Assembly (NCBI RefSeq): GCF_008831285.2
Contig: NC_045138.2
Coordinates: forward strand, 33,728,001 to 33,792,000
Source: Nymphaea colorata
Lineage: Eukaryota
Direction of reading: 5' to 3'
Length of the DNA: 64,000 nucleotides
Part shown: in pieces, positions 63,072 to 64,000 of the stretch
Numbering within the stretch: the first letter of the stretch is position 1
Layout: each line of letters starts with the position of its first letter
Notes under the pieces: generated by a model
Told to the model about the DNA's origin: nothing
Database searches by the model: none
What the model saw: the letters and a program-made list of their open reading frames with translations, nothing else
Made by a program: the position numbers and the translations under genes

Positions 63072-64000
63072 GTGATGAAGCGTTGACATTAACATCTGTC
63101 GGGGTCTCCAACAAGAAGGATTTCCACGAGAGAGAAAGAGAGATTGGCATGTTTAATATTAGTGATGATGAAAGTAAACCAAATTTTATTAATTAGCGAG
63201 ACAATGGTTTCATTTATATTTCAAATAAAGAAAGAAATCAAAGTTCCTGAAAATGCTACGTGTTTGAATTTTTCAAAACAAATTGTGCTCTAGACTCTTG
63301 GTAGCCCTACCTCATTTTCCCATACAAGGAACTTCCAGCTGCTACCTTGAGTTGCAAGAAAGTTTAATCTATTCTTCATTAGCGTCAGCCATGTCGTGGC
63401 TTCTGTTTCTTCTTTTCTTCCTTCTGGTCTTCAATTCCCTTCCTAGAAAGAGATCGTATAATAATATTATCAAGTTTTTTAAGTTAGTGTCAAGAGGCAT
63501 AGCATAATTGGATGGCAAGGCAGCTCACACCCAAGGGATCTGAGGTCTGAATCCTGTGGTTGCTGTCACGCTCTAACATATTTCTCATGTAAGCTGTAAA
63601 CAGTGGCATTGAATATTTACTGTAAATCCACCAAAACTCTGAAAGAAACCATAATCTAGGAAGCATAAGGATATAATCTTGAGAGTTTGGGGTGGTTTCC
63701 CTTACAAGAAGTTTCTTGAAGAAATTTCTATGCCTACTCCTACAACTCAAAAATTTGGATCGGTTGTATGAGAGTGTTTCATGAATCTATTATAATTAAT
63801 TGGAGCATATTCATCAAACACTAAAACTAGGTGTCCATAAATTTACCCCAAATTTAAAGGCAAATTCGAAGAACACTTGCAAAGTGTTCCATTTGCCAAA
63901 TGACCCATATAAGTATGAATAATAGTGTTTGGCATGAACTAATTTAAAGATAGTGTTTCTTGAAACATGTTTTGATAATGTCCAGTTGCCAGCACCCTCC

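Overview
Flowering-plant nuclear DNA with GT-AG introns, microsatellites, MITE-like elements and LINE remnants; I cannot identify the species from sequence alone. Genes from left to right: a 7-exon amino acid permease (AAP family, +) whose last exon and 3' UTR are tandemly duplicated, both copies intact; a decayed 5'-truncated LINE; a patch of captured gene pieces (a CDPK-related-kinase-like exon end plus an exon/intron copy of the neighbouring PI31 gene); tRNA-Ser(AGA); a 9-exon PI31 proteasome-regulator gene (-); three paralogous intronless ~110-aa genes for signal-peptide/single-pass membrane proteins with a conserved RR[LF]G..H motif (-); a 4-exon conserved uncharacterised gene with an apparent frameshift (+); an XTH (-); a THA8-like short PPR gene with a plastid rps7 fragment in its intron (-); and an NB-ARC-LRR gene with no clear N-terminal signalling domain and MHD replaced by INC (-). 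The best leads are the small membrane-protein trio with its shared upstream element, the duplicated AAP terminal exon, the atypical NLR and the chimeric gene-fragment patch. Exon models were read by eye from splice signals and reading frame, and family calls come from recalled motifs rather than database searches.
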